A stretch of DNA of 59,341 bases, filler included, from Jimgerdemannia flammicorona (lineage: Eukaryota), in NCBI GenBank assembly GCA_003990765.1. It is 3 parts of 3 records of this genome, joined end to end, with 100 filler letters (N's around TTAATTAATTAA, not from the genome) between each part and the next. Parts side by side here need not be neighbours in the genome. Positions count along the whole stretch, not along the records: positions 19,818 to 39,532 come from RBNJ01001868.1; positions 39,633 to 59,341 come from RBNJ01001869.1; 1 more part is not named here. One strand, given 5' to 3'. A program made the position numbers and the translations under genes. Position 1 is the stretch's first letter; every line of letters starts with the position of its first letter. Positions 39,012 through 49,352 of the stretch are shown here, piece after piece. The notes under the pieces were generated by a model. It was not told the origin of the DNA and searched no databases. It was given only the letters and a program-made list of their open reading frames with translations.

Positions 39012-39532
39012 TGTGATGATATCTTTAAAACCAGTAACATTAGAATTCAAAAAACTATCTAGACTTTGCAAGCTATTAGTTGCAAATTATAACTCAACTA
39101 TAACTCATCTTGATTATAAGATAATCTGCATCCAAACTCATAATGACTTATGATATACTACTTCAAATTAGGTAACCCTACTCTCTAAACCAAAAAAAAA
39201 GACTCTCAAGATATAAAAGAAGTAATAAGAAGAAAAGTGCAAGGTATTAAATAAGAGACTTACTACAAAATGTCTGCCATCTATCAAATAGCAAGGTTAA
39301 GGAGCTATTTATGCCCATCAGTTTAAGAACAAATACTCACTGATATTAAGTAGGCCATGAGATTATATATAAGAAGGACTTTAAACCTAAACCTCTATAT
39401 AAGGGATCCCTATCACTATACTCTCAACTACTATGAAATAGAGATAAGAATCACTACTGCTACTGAGTGCCTTTGAATATAGCAAGAATATAAAAAGAGA
39501 TATTACCTCTATTAAGAATTCTCTTTTTTTTT
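39012..39532 (+). repeat. 3' LTR of family-C element, truncated
   Basis: Aligns to 28833-~29355. Confidence 0.9.
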
Positions 39533-39632
39533 NNNNNNNNNNNNNNNNNNNNNNNNNNNNNNNNNNNNNNNNNNNNTTAATTAATTAANNNNNNNNNNNN
39601 NNNNNNNNNNNNNNNNNNNNNNNNNNNNNNNN
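39533..39632. other. Artificial contig linker N44-TTAATTAATTAA-N44
   Basis: Identical 100-bp linker. Confidence 0.97.
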
Positions 39633-42166
39633 AAAAAAGAGTCCGTGTCAAGGTTTCCGCCGCCAATAATTATCTGGCTAAGCTCGTTGAAAGCAGACTT
39701 TATAATAATAAAAGCTATATAAATATATTATTTATAGATTTTATATTATGATTACTTCTAAATCTATTTTACAGAGTGTATAATTATATTATAAATATAA
39801 AATATCATTAATATTATATATTATATTTTATATACATAATAATATTATTATTATAATTTTATATTTTAATTTTTTATTTATATATTTCAATAATGTTAAT
39901 TTATATTACTTATATATTAATTTAGATTATAGTATTGAAATCTACTTAAATCCTATCAGATATTAAATATATATTATTATGATCTTAGCTCTGAGTCTAT
40001 CACTATTAGTTTTTATTATTTTAATCTAACATCTGATCTCATCCTTTTTAAAATATTTTATTATACTGATTATCTTATAATTTGCATCTGAAGCTCAGAT
40101 AGCTATCATGTAAATAGAGCCTTTAAGAACTAGATATAACTATTCTTCAATAATGCTATTTTTCGATAATAAAGATGTAAATACTGTATTTGGAACAATA
40201 TTGGAGTAAACATTTGTCTTTATTTTGAGGGGTTTCTTTAGTGTAACAACTCTCATATTTTCATTTGAAATAAGGATGCATTAATGTATGCAACATCAAT
40301 CTACAAAAATGCTCTTTTTGGTCTCTTGGACCCTTCAGACTTACATCAATCGCAAAAGTTCGCAGTCGGCTTCCACACATACAGTTCCCATCGCACTTCT
40401 CTTCGATGTTTGTGTCATACGACCTGTTATTTGTGCGACTCATACAGGGGTGTCGAACCGTGTCTCGCGTTTGACACGGTCCATTTAATACGTGGCGACG
40501 GGTTGATTGGCTGGAAATTCATCAAATCCGTGGGGACGTTGGATCACGAATACAATGTGGACTATGGTATTAGTAATATACGTACGCTTCCCTTTTGGCC
40601 CTAGTTCACATAAATGAATTTTTGTTATAAAATACAATCAATGTTCGCTCTCTGCCAGCTCCTGCATCTGTCACCAAATATCGATGAGGGGTTTTGTTTA
40701 TGGCGGCATTCTGACTATACAATGAATCTTTTGCAACCATGGATCTTCAAATGGTAACATTCGAAAGCATTCCATGCGTGTCTACGTTTATGTGACACAA
40801 CGTCTTGGGCACGGTGGGCGCGCCGTGCGCCTAACCTAAACATTACGTACAATGTATGTCTTTGTTGACTACTTATTTGTATTCTGTAGTCGCTCTTTGT
40901 GTAATCACGTGATGTGAATTTTTTGGTGTTGGCCGCACAATATGGTTAATCATTTTTCATCGTCGTATTGCAGCTCATTATAGTCATTCCGCAGATAATC
41001 TTCAGTCCTCCTCTTTCTCCATATTTTTACATGGGATGGAGATGCCTCTATCAGCACGGGAGCGAGACCGGGATAGACAAGTCCTGTCCCATTTGGAGTA
41101 CTGAATGCGACATCTGCAGCATCGCAGTGCAACATATATCACAGGAAGTAGGGCTAGCCTGACAGTTATTGCGAAGACAATAGGCATGGCCTTAAAAAAA
41201 ATTACTCTATCTGCGTATTGGCTCCAGTCGACTACCTGACATAGTCACAGGCCCCTACTAATGCTTTGAGCAGCTGTTACCGAGTTAATGGCCACACAAT
41301 TATGCACCGACGATGCTTTGGTGACACCAACATATGTATGCACACTGACCCTGTGAAGAAATACAATGCTGACAACTCTTTCTAATTAGGCGGCGCCAAG
41401 CTCCAACCACCGACATAATTCCAAACTGCTGCAGGGCTAAGACTGGTCATTGGGCACATTTGTTGTTTGTGAGTCATTCTCAGATGCCTTCAGAGCGACC
41501 GATTTGATTGTCTTGGCGCAGTAGGCCCTATTTTTTGTATATATAATTTCATGGCATGTCACTTGATTCCGTGAAAACCTGTTATGGAACCGGTTTTGTA
41601 CACGAAAAAAAATTGGCGTAAGCTATGTCTAAGTCGCGACAATGCATCCGGTGCCGGTTTGGTAACAATCAATCCGAAAAACCGGACGGGAAGCGTCCCG
41701 TCTGTAAATCAGGTTACATAGGAATGTAAATAATCAAGGGCAAGGGGAAGTGCTCCCGCAAGAACCCGACCCAATCTGACCGCCTTTCCATCGTTCCTGT
41801 CAGAATTTAATAATTTTTTGATGCTAGAAAGGTGTACCAGCAGTGGTTCTAATATCCTTTTTTTAATTTTTATTTTCAAATTCGGATGTCGCGTCGAGAA
41901 ACCGGTAAACGTTCAATTTTTCTAGTCATGACCATCATGGCTTGTAACTCATCCGAATTTGTATTAGGAATGGAGGCAACATTCGTGAGAAATGATCCGA
42001 AACCCAACGCGACCATGCAATCACCCCCAGATGAACGTAAATAATGTCATTATGACGACTTTTCTCGATCCTCCCAGGCTTTTAAAAGGGCCGCGCTTGC
42101 TGCCGTATTACTGAACCATATCTCCAAAATCACAAAACAACTCCTGCAACTACAAAAATCTTAGCA

Positions 42167-42604
42167 ATGACAGTTGAAAAGAGCCTCCTCGTCGTAGATA
42201 CCCGCGTCAAGTTCAAGCCCACTGGCGGTAAACCCGAGACTACCGGAACGATTAAAAGGATCAACCCTGTAAGCATAACCTAATGTTTGATGGACGTAAA
42301 CAAGACTTTTCGTTTCTTCATACCCAAATATCTGCGAGCTTAACCTCGAATGTATTTATTGATAACATATCTCAATTCATTATAATTTCCTCTAGGACGG
42401 CAGATACATCATCACGGACGACAGTGGTACAGATCATGGCAAGTGTTGGCTAGGCTGTTCGGTTTATTCACGTGTTGAGATGTGTGCGCTTTTTAATAAA
42501 AGCTGCATCCACCCACCTTAAATTGACCTCTCTAATTCGATCTAACAACTTGATTTCCCATCTAATTAGGGGTCGAGTGGGAGAACATTATCGCGAGGTT
42601 GTGA
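42167..42604 (+). CDS. 59-aa three-exon Tudor/SH3-fold-like protein, paralog 1 (exons 42167-42268, 42396-42438, 42570-42604); resembles Hva1_TUDOR/DUF2945 fungal proteins
   Basis: Spliced: MTVEKSLLVVDTRVKFKPTGGKPETTGTIKRINPDGRYIITDDSGTDHGVEWENIIARL. Exon sizes 102/43/35 and phases are identical to paralog 2; TATA-like tttaaaag upstream; intron 2 has a GC donor. The family assignment is from recalled motif resemblance. Confidence 0.82.
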
Positions 42605-43368
42605 AATGATCTGTTGGAGCATACGGCAGTTGACGTTGCGAGAACACACTTTATGTTTACTTAGCGTAAATTTTTATGTGAACTAGTGGTCGGGATTAAA
42701 ATCGCTGTTAGTTGCGAATGGGTTTATTGGGATCATTCAATAAAATGAATTGATGCTAGGCATTACGCGAAATTTGCCCTGTGGTGCACTATTTTTTCCA
42801 GTAAGCGGAGAACCTGATATGGTGGTTGCTGGAAATTGACCTAATCCAGTGGAGAATTTTAACTTCTTTAATGTTTTGCAATGACAATATAGTAATAGCA
42901 ACCTTGCAAACACTCGAAGACCCCTAGGAGGGTAGCTTCTAATAGTCGTCAATGATAATTGTTGTTGCTGTTGCCTTTGCAGTATTTTATAATTATATAT
43001 TATGGATGTCTTTTAGCACATTGATTCAGATTGTGGTGTTGGAATCCCGCCTAACGAGAAGTTCAACATGACCTTGGTTCTAAAATATTTACCTTTATTT
43101 TGAGAATTTCCTTTAGTGTAACAACTCTCATATTTTCATTTTAAATAAGGGTACATTAATGTATGCGACATGAACCTACAACAGTGCTCTTTTGTATCTC
43201 TTGGGCCCTACAGACTTGCATCAATCGCGAAAGTTCTCAGCCGGCTTTCAAACATATAGTTTCCATCTCGCTTCTCTGGACGTTTGGATGCATATCCGCA
43301 TCGAAGTTTGCGTCATACAAGCTGGTTGTTGCGCATGTTACTTTAACGACCACGATCAATGTTCACCC

Positions 43369-43806
43369 AGGCGCGCCGCGCGGTCTTGGGCGCTCGGCAC
43401 GGTGGACGCTTGGGCGTGGAAAAATATCCTGTCTTAGGCGCGCCGTGGTCCTATCTTAGGCGCGCCGTGGTCCGCCGTGGTCCTGTCTTAGGCGCGCCGC
43501 GCGGTCTTGGGCGTTCGGCACGGTGGACGCTTGGGCGTGGAAAAAGTATCCTGTCTTAGGCGCGCCGTGGTCTTGGGCGCTCGGCACGGTGGACGCTTGG
43601 GCGTGGAAAAGGTATCCTGTCTTAGGCGCGCCGCGCGGTCTTGGGCGCTCGGAAAAAGTATCCTGTCTTAGGGGCGCCGCGGTCTTGGGCGCTCGGAAAA
43701 AGTATCCTGTCTTAGGCGCGCCGCGCGGTCTTCGGCACTCGGCACAGTGGACGCTTGGGCGTGGAAAAATATCCTGTCTTAGGCGCGCCGCGCGGTCTTG
43801 GGCGCC
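43369..43806 (+). repeat. GC-rich modular minisatellite (9 copies of an aggcgcgccg core, units ~20-68 bp)
   Basis: Modules aggcgcgccg(cg)cggtcttgggcgctcgg / cacggtggacgcttgggcgtgg / aaaaa(g)tatcctgtctt recombined in variable order. Confidence 0.93.
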
Positions 43807-44357
43807 TGACCTTAACAATACGTGCAATCCGCAGGTTTGACTCTTTGACTTATGTGTATGCTGTAGTTCTATTTTGTGTAACCACGTGATGTGATTTTTG
43901 GTTGGCCGCACAATGTCGTTAATCACCGTTCTGAGATTAATCAGTGGTTAGTTGTCATTCTTTGGTTCATTTTTTTATCGTCGTTTTTCAGCTCGTCATA
44001 ATAATTCTGCAGATAATCTTTATCCGCCTCTTTTCCCATATTTTACATGGGATCGAGATGTTTCGATCACCATGGGAACGAGACCGGGATAGATCGAAAC
44101 AGGACACGAAAAAAAAATGGCGTAAGCTATGTCAATCGCGACAATGCTTTTTTTTTCAAATTCGGATGTCGCGTCGAACCGGAAACCTCCGAACCCCAAC
44201 GCGGTCACGCAATCGCCCCCAAATAAACGCAAATAATGTCATTATGACGAGTAGTTACAATCCTCCCAGTCTTTTAAAAGGGCCGCGCTTGCTGCCGTAT
44301 TACTCAAGTATATCTCAAAAATCACAAACAACACCTGTAACCACAAACCCTTCAACA

Positions 44358-44766
44358 ATGACAGTTGACAGAAAATTACTCGTAGAAGGCGCTTCCGTCC
44401 GGTACCAACCCCCCGAGAACAAGCCTGTTTCTACCGGCAAGATTACGCAGGTCTTCTCTGTAAGCATAACCCTCATGTTCGCAGGACGTAGACAAGAATT
44501 TCCGTTTCCTTATTCGTTGATGACATCTCAATTCATTTTAATTTTCTTTAGGACGGGAGATACCTCGTCAAGGACGACAAGGTTGGAGAGTATGGTAATT
44601 GTTGGCTAGGCTTTTTTTTTTTTTTTTTTTTTTTTTTTTCTTTTCCTCCGATGTGTGCGCTTTTTATTCAAAGCAATACAAACTAACCTTAAATTGACCT
44701 CTCCAACAAACCGAACTTTATTCCCGTCTAGGTGTCCCGTGGGAGAGCATTCTCGCGAAGCTCTGA
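44358..44766 (+). CDS. 59-aa three-exon Tudor/SH3-fold-like protein, paralog 2 (exons 44358-44459, 44552-44594, 44732-44766)
   Basis: Spliced: MTVDRKLLVEGASVRYQPPENKPVSTGKITQVFSDGRYLVKDDKVGEYGVPWESILAKL. Canonical GT-AG introns; same structure as paralog 1. Confidence 0.85.
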
Positions 44767-45459
44767 AATGTTCTGTTGGGAAAGTCCACGACAGTTAACA
44801 AAACTTGAAGTTATGAGAACACACTATACGTTTAATCTAGCGTGAATTTCGAAAGTGGTTTCATAATTAAATGTGAACTTCGGTGGTGGGAATTGAAATC
44901 AGTTGCAAACGGGTTTATAGGGATCATTCAATAAACTGAATTGATATGCCGGTATTACACGAAATTCGTTCTGCGTTCAGTTGCAACCTGATTGTGTGAG
45001 TTGATATTTCCGGATGGCATTCTAATTTGTTTCCAGTAAGCGAGAACCTGATTGAGGGTTTTAACTTTTAAAATATTTTGCGACGACAATATAGTAATTG
45101 TAGCTTGGAAAAGCCTTGTTGTTGCTTCACAGTATCTTGTGAGTTGGTCTCAAATGTGAATGGCATGACAGGGGTCGCCAATGTGCGGTTTAGCTATTAC
45201 AATAGATGATCAATTTCCTTGAAGGGGAGAAGTGCGCCATAGCAATTGTAATCATATATTACATTTTACAAAAATTATAATATGAAGATCCCCTGACAAC
45301 TTATTCGTCGATGCTCAATGCAATACGCCCACATTCTTGAATATATATATTTCAGATATTTATACGCCGACAGAGTCGAGTCTTTTCTTAATTCCTAGCT
45401 AACGTCGATGTATACTTTGTCAGAGCTTGTGAACTACCTTCATTTAGTTGTATTGGAGA

Positions 45460-46411
45460 ATTCATTCCTGATTGCATAGTTTTGTTCCTGGAGTCGAGGC
45501 ATCGCATGGTGTACAGAGCGAGTAATTCGAACGTGCGAGTGGCGACGGATAATGTCGAGGATGACTGTGGCGAAGGCGAATTCGACAATCCAAACCATGG
45601 CCGTTTAGAAGGCTACGACAGGAAGTTGGGCAATGTGTGCTATACATATGTTCAACAGCAAATTAAGACTTTATTACCGAGATAACTCCTGTACTGTTTC
45701 TTCACGCTATACAATTCATGACCAATATTGTACCGTTCCCATGCCGCAATATGATTTCGCATTCTACCAACACCCCTATCACTAACACACATTTGCACGG
45801 GTCTATATCTTTCACATCCCAATGTATTGACATACGCAGCGCATTGATCTCGACTCGTGAAAGAAACAACACTCGTTTACCTGTTGCCTTAACGCTCATG
45901 TTTGACGGAGTTGTAGCGGACAAAATGACGCGACCTATACTGACGCACGCCAAATGTACAGTTAGCAGACATTTGTTAGATGGTAGATGGGAAAAATTAT
46001 GTAATGCCGCTTGAAACATAGTTGATGGCGAAGGTGTTCATTTGTCAGAGGAAACCAATGATTGGCGTAAGGACGAACGGGTAGACAGCTTAACCGCAGG
46101 TCGTTCGACAATAATGTAAAGATGCTGTCGAGGAGGATATTAGGATAGCAATCTTGAATTCCGCCTAATGTCGACAGCTGGCCTTGTGGGGTTGATTCGA
46201 TGTTGACATCGGTGTCGGTAGTGAGGGTAGCTAGTTTGTCATTCGGAATATCAACCTTCTGAGATCCTGTAAGACGTGAGGCATTTCTTGATAAATTTGT
46301 TAAGCTTGCCAACTGCGTCAGGCTTGGCAACTTCATGAAATGTGTTGAGGGAAGACTCGGTGGATTGAGCGAAAGGATGTTTTGACACAAACTCCTGAGA
46401 TGTGACGTCAT
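45460..46411 (-). pseudogene. Possible F-box-like gene remnant
   Basis: YPNILLDSIFTLLSNDLRLSCLPV..W loosely resembles an F-box motif; the downstream frame is broken by a shift and stops. Confidence 0.3.
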
Positions 46412-48515
46412 TTTCTATCTTTGGACTCGTGAAACGTCAAGTGACCATGGGAACCAGTCCATTTCTTCAAAAAATGATACGAACCCCAAAATTCATATAT
46501 TACTAGAGCTGTACTATGCTATTTCAATTGTGTTGCATAGTATATAATTCATGAAAACATTGTCAAAGATTTCAGAGAAGTTGCGGTTTGTTTGGAAAGG
46601 GTAGGCATCCATCGGAACAAGTTTGGGCCATCGGACTCTTCCAACAGGGGATGTTTTGAGTCAAAGGTCTTGTCACCCTTGTCGCTTCGGATCATTGCGC
46701 CACAGACGTGGTTTATGTTGCACCTACGCAAAATGGCCGTGGCCACCTACGTTACCTAAACTGGTCGTCTTCCTCACCAGAAATACAAAACGAAGATAGA
46801 CTCAGATGAAAGATCACCCACAACAAATAGACTATTCGTATTCTTTCTCGATGTGTGAATATGAAAAGGTTGTGGGTAACGTTCGTGGAACGCAGTTTAT
46901 AGGCCAAGTTAACCGGGACCCGCGGTTTCCGAATTAATTATTCAGCAGATTTCAACCAATCTAGCGGCAAACCGCGTGCCTAATATGACTATATGACACA
47001 TTCCAAAAATTGATTGCCGAAACTTCTTGTCCTATTTTTCGCTGCGTTGTCAAGTACTCTGAAACAGTGATCATTTCCCCATACCTGTCATGATTCATTT
47101 TCATCGCCATTCCCTTTAAGTGATGGAGGAAAAGAAATAAACGATTGTGATTCTCATTCATATTAATATCTCGAAACTGTAGCTCACAAAGTTAGCCTGC
47201 CAATGTCGAGGATCCAAACTGAAGAATCACCTGATGGCTGCAATACTAAAACCTTTGTGGGTGATCTTCGTTGTTCTATTTGTCTCGTTTGAGGTACACA
47301 AAACAAATCGATAATTGTCACCGAATTTTCAATCGATCTTGGATCATGCTATGTTAGCACATTAATACCGAATCGTCCCAATATAAAACGGGCTGAGCTT
47401 TATAATTTAGCACAGCCACCTTTACAATCGTGTCTGCTATGAGAGGTCGTGACTAGCTGGTTAATAAACCCGTTCACCATCTTCCTGTCCGAAAGTTATG
47501 GTTACGAAATACGGACGCAAATAAGGCTGTGACGCAAACAGGAAACACAAGTGTTCCGGATCAATGCTAAGAATGGGAAATACACCCGGAAGATAATAAG
47601 TCCAAGGAGGCTCCACCCATCTCCATTGGCGTAAGATACTATTGAGCGTTGTGGCGACGCTGCAAAATTCATGTAGAAACTCCCTCAACTGGAATTGCTT
47701 TTAGTTCACGCCATATAATATTGAGCCTCGATGTATGTTCAGCTTAGCGATGCCGTGGATTTTTATCGAAAGAACGGAACGGCGGTACCCCCTTACCTTG
47801 ATAATCGCAATCAGTATGTTCTGATCTTTCAAAACCGTTTTGTTCGTACGTCCAAGAGAACGCACACCTCAGATCTTACAGGGGCCAACTCCTCTTGTTA
47901 GAGAGAAATTCTGTCTTGACGGTACCCGCTGCCTGACAACAGACTTGATGCCATCACGCTACGCCCATTACCTGGGAGTAATGTGAACCTGGAGCTCCTC
48001 TGTCGAACGTTGCATAAGAATTGGGGCCTTTGCGAAAAAATGTACCACTGAACAAATCTTCTCTTCCATATATATAGGGTGGATTATAAGGAAGGGAGGG
48101 ACCAGAACAAATGTCGAGGAAGCACCGGAAAAGGCGCGAAGCGTAGCTCATGTATAAATTATAGTGCAAGACACTTAATAAGTGAATGATTAGGGTCAAG
48201 GCCGAGAGAATTCAGAAGAGGATGGATAGTACAGGCATGTAGCTACGATTTTGATGTCTACAACACTTTATTTGGAAACCATCACGATTGCCCTTATCCC
48301 TGTCGCCCTTGACTGTTTTCGCGCCCTTAAATCTTGGCTTTTAGCTTGCATTCGCTCAGATCTTGATTGACTGCCTATAAGATAATGTTCTTGACAACTG
48401 AGCAAACAAAAGCCTCCGAAGAAACATTCTCCCCTCTCTTTCTACTTCGCTATCCAAGTCTCCGGTTACGCGAAAACATCCACTCTATCACTCTACATTT
48501 GTCGCTCTTTACATC

Positions 48516-49352
48516 ATGGCTCACGCCAGTTCCTCCCCTCTACAAATCCTCCAGATCTCGCACATGCCTGCCATGTTACTTACGCCCGAAGCCCCCCCGA
48601 AGCCCGAACAGTCTCAAGATCTTCAAAAGCCGCTAACCGGCGCCGTCTCCCAACTTCAAATAACAAAATCTTTTCTTCTGTGCGCACCGTGGACGCCTCC
48701 GGAGCGCCCGGAAGGCAACCGGGGCCCTTCGGGATGCGCTGGACTCCCTGTCTACACTGTCTATGCACGCACCGTTACTGCTGGATGTCCTATACGTTAC
48801 ATAGTCCCCGGGCGTCTTCCATTCCTATTTCGTCCAGCCGCATGCCCTCCGCTTCGTGCGGGTCTCGCTTTCCCATTTGCTTACGAAATCCGCGCGCCGC
48901 CGTTCGGACCAATACGTCCTGTTGCCCTAATCGACATGGCTAGACCGGATGGTTGCGCTCGTTACATTACTCCCGTGGGTCCAAGCGGGCCAGCTAATTA
49001 TACGAGTTACGCCAGTGATCTGGCATCGAGTCCCACAGACGAAGTTCCCCCCCCAAGCGTCCTGAACCCCTATCCAGGATGTACTCTCGGAAATGCTGCA
49101 GGCTGTCAAGTACCGGCCCCTTTCTATGAGTTCTACCCCGCTTCAACCAACTTTGGGATCACGTTGGTTACTCCAGTGATGCGCATTCAATGGGTCGCCC
49201 TCCTAGCGTGCCACCTACTCCCCTTCCCAGCCATGTCCGTGAAATTGATAGCCCCGGTTATCCGAGGACAATGCGTTGTCGGCATTCGAACACGTAAGCC
49301 CATGACCGGTGAAAGTGAATGTAGCACGTCGATGAAAAAAATTACGGGTTAG
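48516..49352 (+). CDS. Hypothetical proline-rich protein, 278 aa
   Basis: Long open frame, catcATGG context, pyrimidine-rich leader and tataa at ~48376; no recognisable domain. Confidence 0.45.
   Translation: MAHASSSPLQILQISHMPAMLLTPEAPPKPEQSQDLQKPLTGAVSQLQITKSFLLCAPWTPPERPEGNRGPSGCAGLPVYTVYARTVTAGCPIRYIVPGRLPFLFRPAACPPLRAGLAFPFAYEIRAPPFGPIRPVALIDMARPDGCARYITPVGPSGPANYTSYASDLASSPTDEVPPPSVLNPYPGCTLGNAAGCQVPAPFYEFYPASTNFGITLVTPVMRIQWVALLACHLLPFPAMSVKLIAPVIRGQCVVGIRTRKPMTGESECSTSMKKITG

Larger units (their letters stand above)
28833..39532 (+). mobile_element. Degenerate Ty3/gypsy LTR retrotransposon, family C (long ORF-bearing LTRs; gag-PR-Cys-rich linker-dUTPase-RT-RNaseH-IN)
   Basis: LTR starts tgtgata/tgtgatg at 28833 and 39012. 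Knuckle FNCRNQGYIQRFCP ~33003; protease ILVDTGVA ~33765; RT IRPSSSP*ALP..RLVVDFRKLN ~36243 and YIDN ~36609; RNase H FILATDVS ~37030; integrase IIIDQD*EF ~38030; WEEPY ~38565. 3' LTR truncated by the contig end. Confidence 0.93.
40218..45140 (+). repeat. Tandem segmental duplication (unit 1 ~40218-42990, unit 2 ~43093-45140)
   Basis: Colinear blocks such as ctttagtgtaacaactctcatattttcattt, aaaaaaa(t)tggcgtaagctatgtc, ttttaaaagggccgcgcttgctgccgtattact and gggatcattcaataaa occur in both units, with indels. Confidence 0.93.

Noticed and set aside
43369..43806. CRISPR array, or the repetitive ORFs (43163, 43359, 43456, 43523) as proteins
   Set aside because: No unique spacers, no cas genes and a eukaryotic context; the ORFs are by-products of a GC-rich repeat open in several frames.
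43944..44609. 221-aa ORF as a gene
   Set aside because: It reads through promoter and intron sequence; the spliced 59-aa model is supported by the paralog's identical exon structure.
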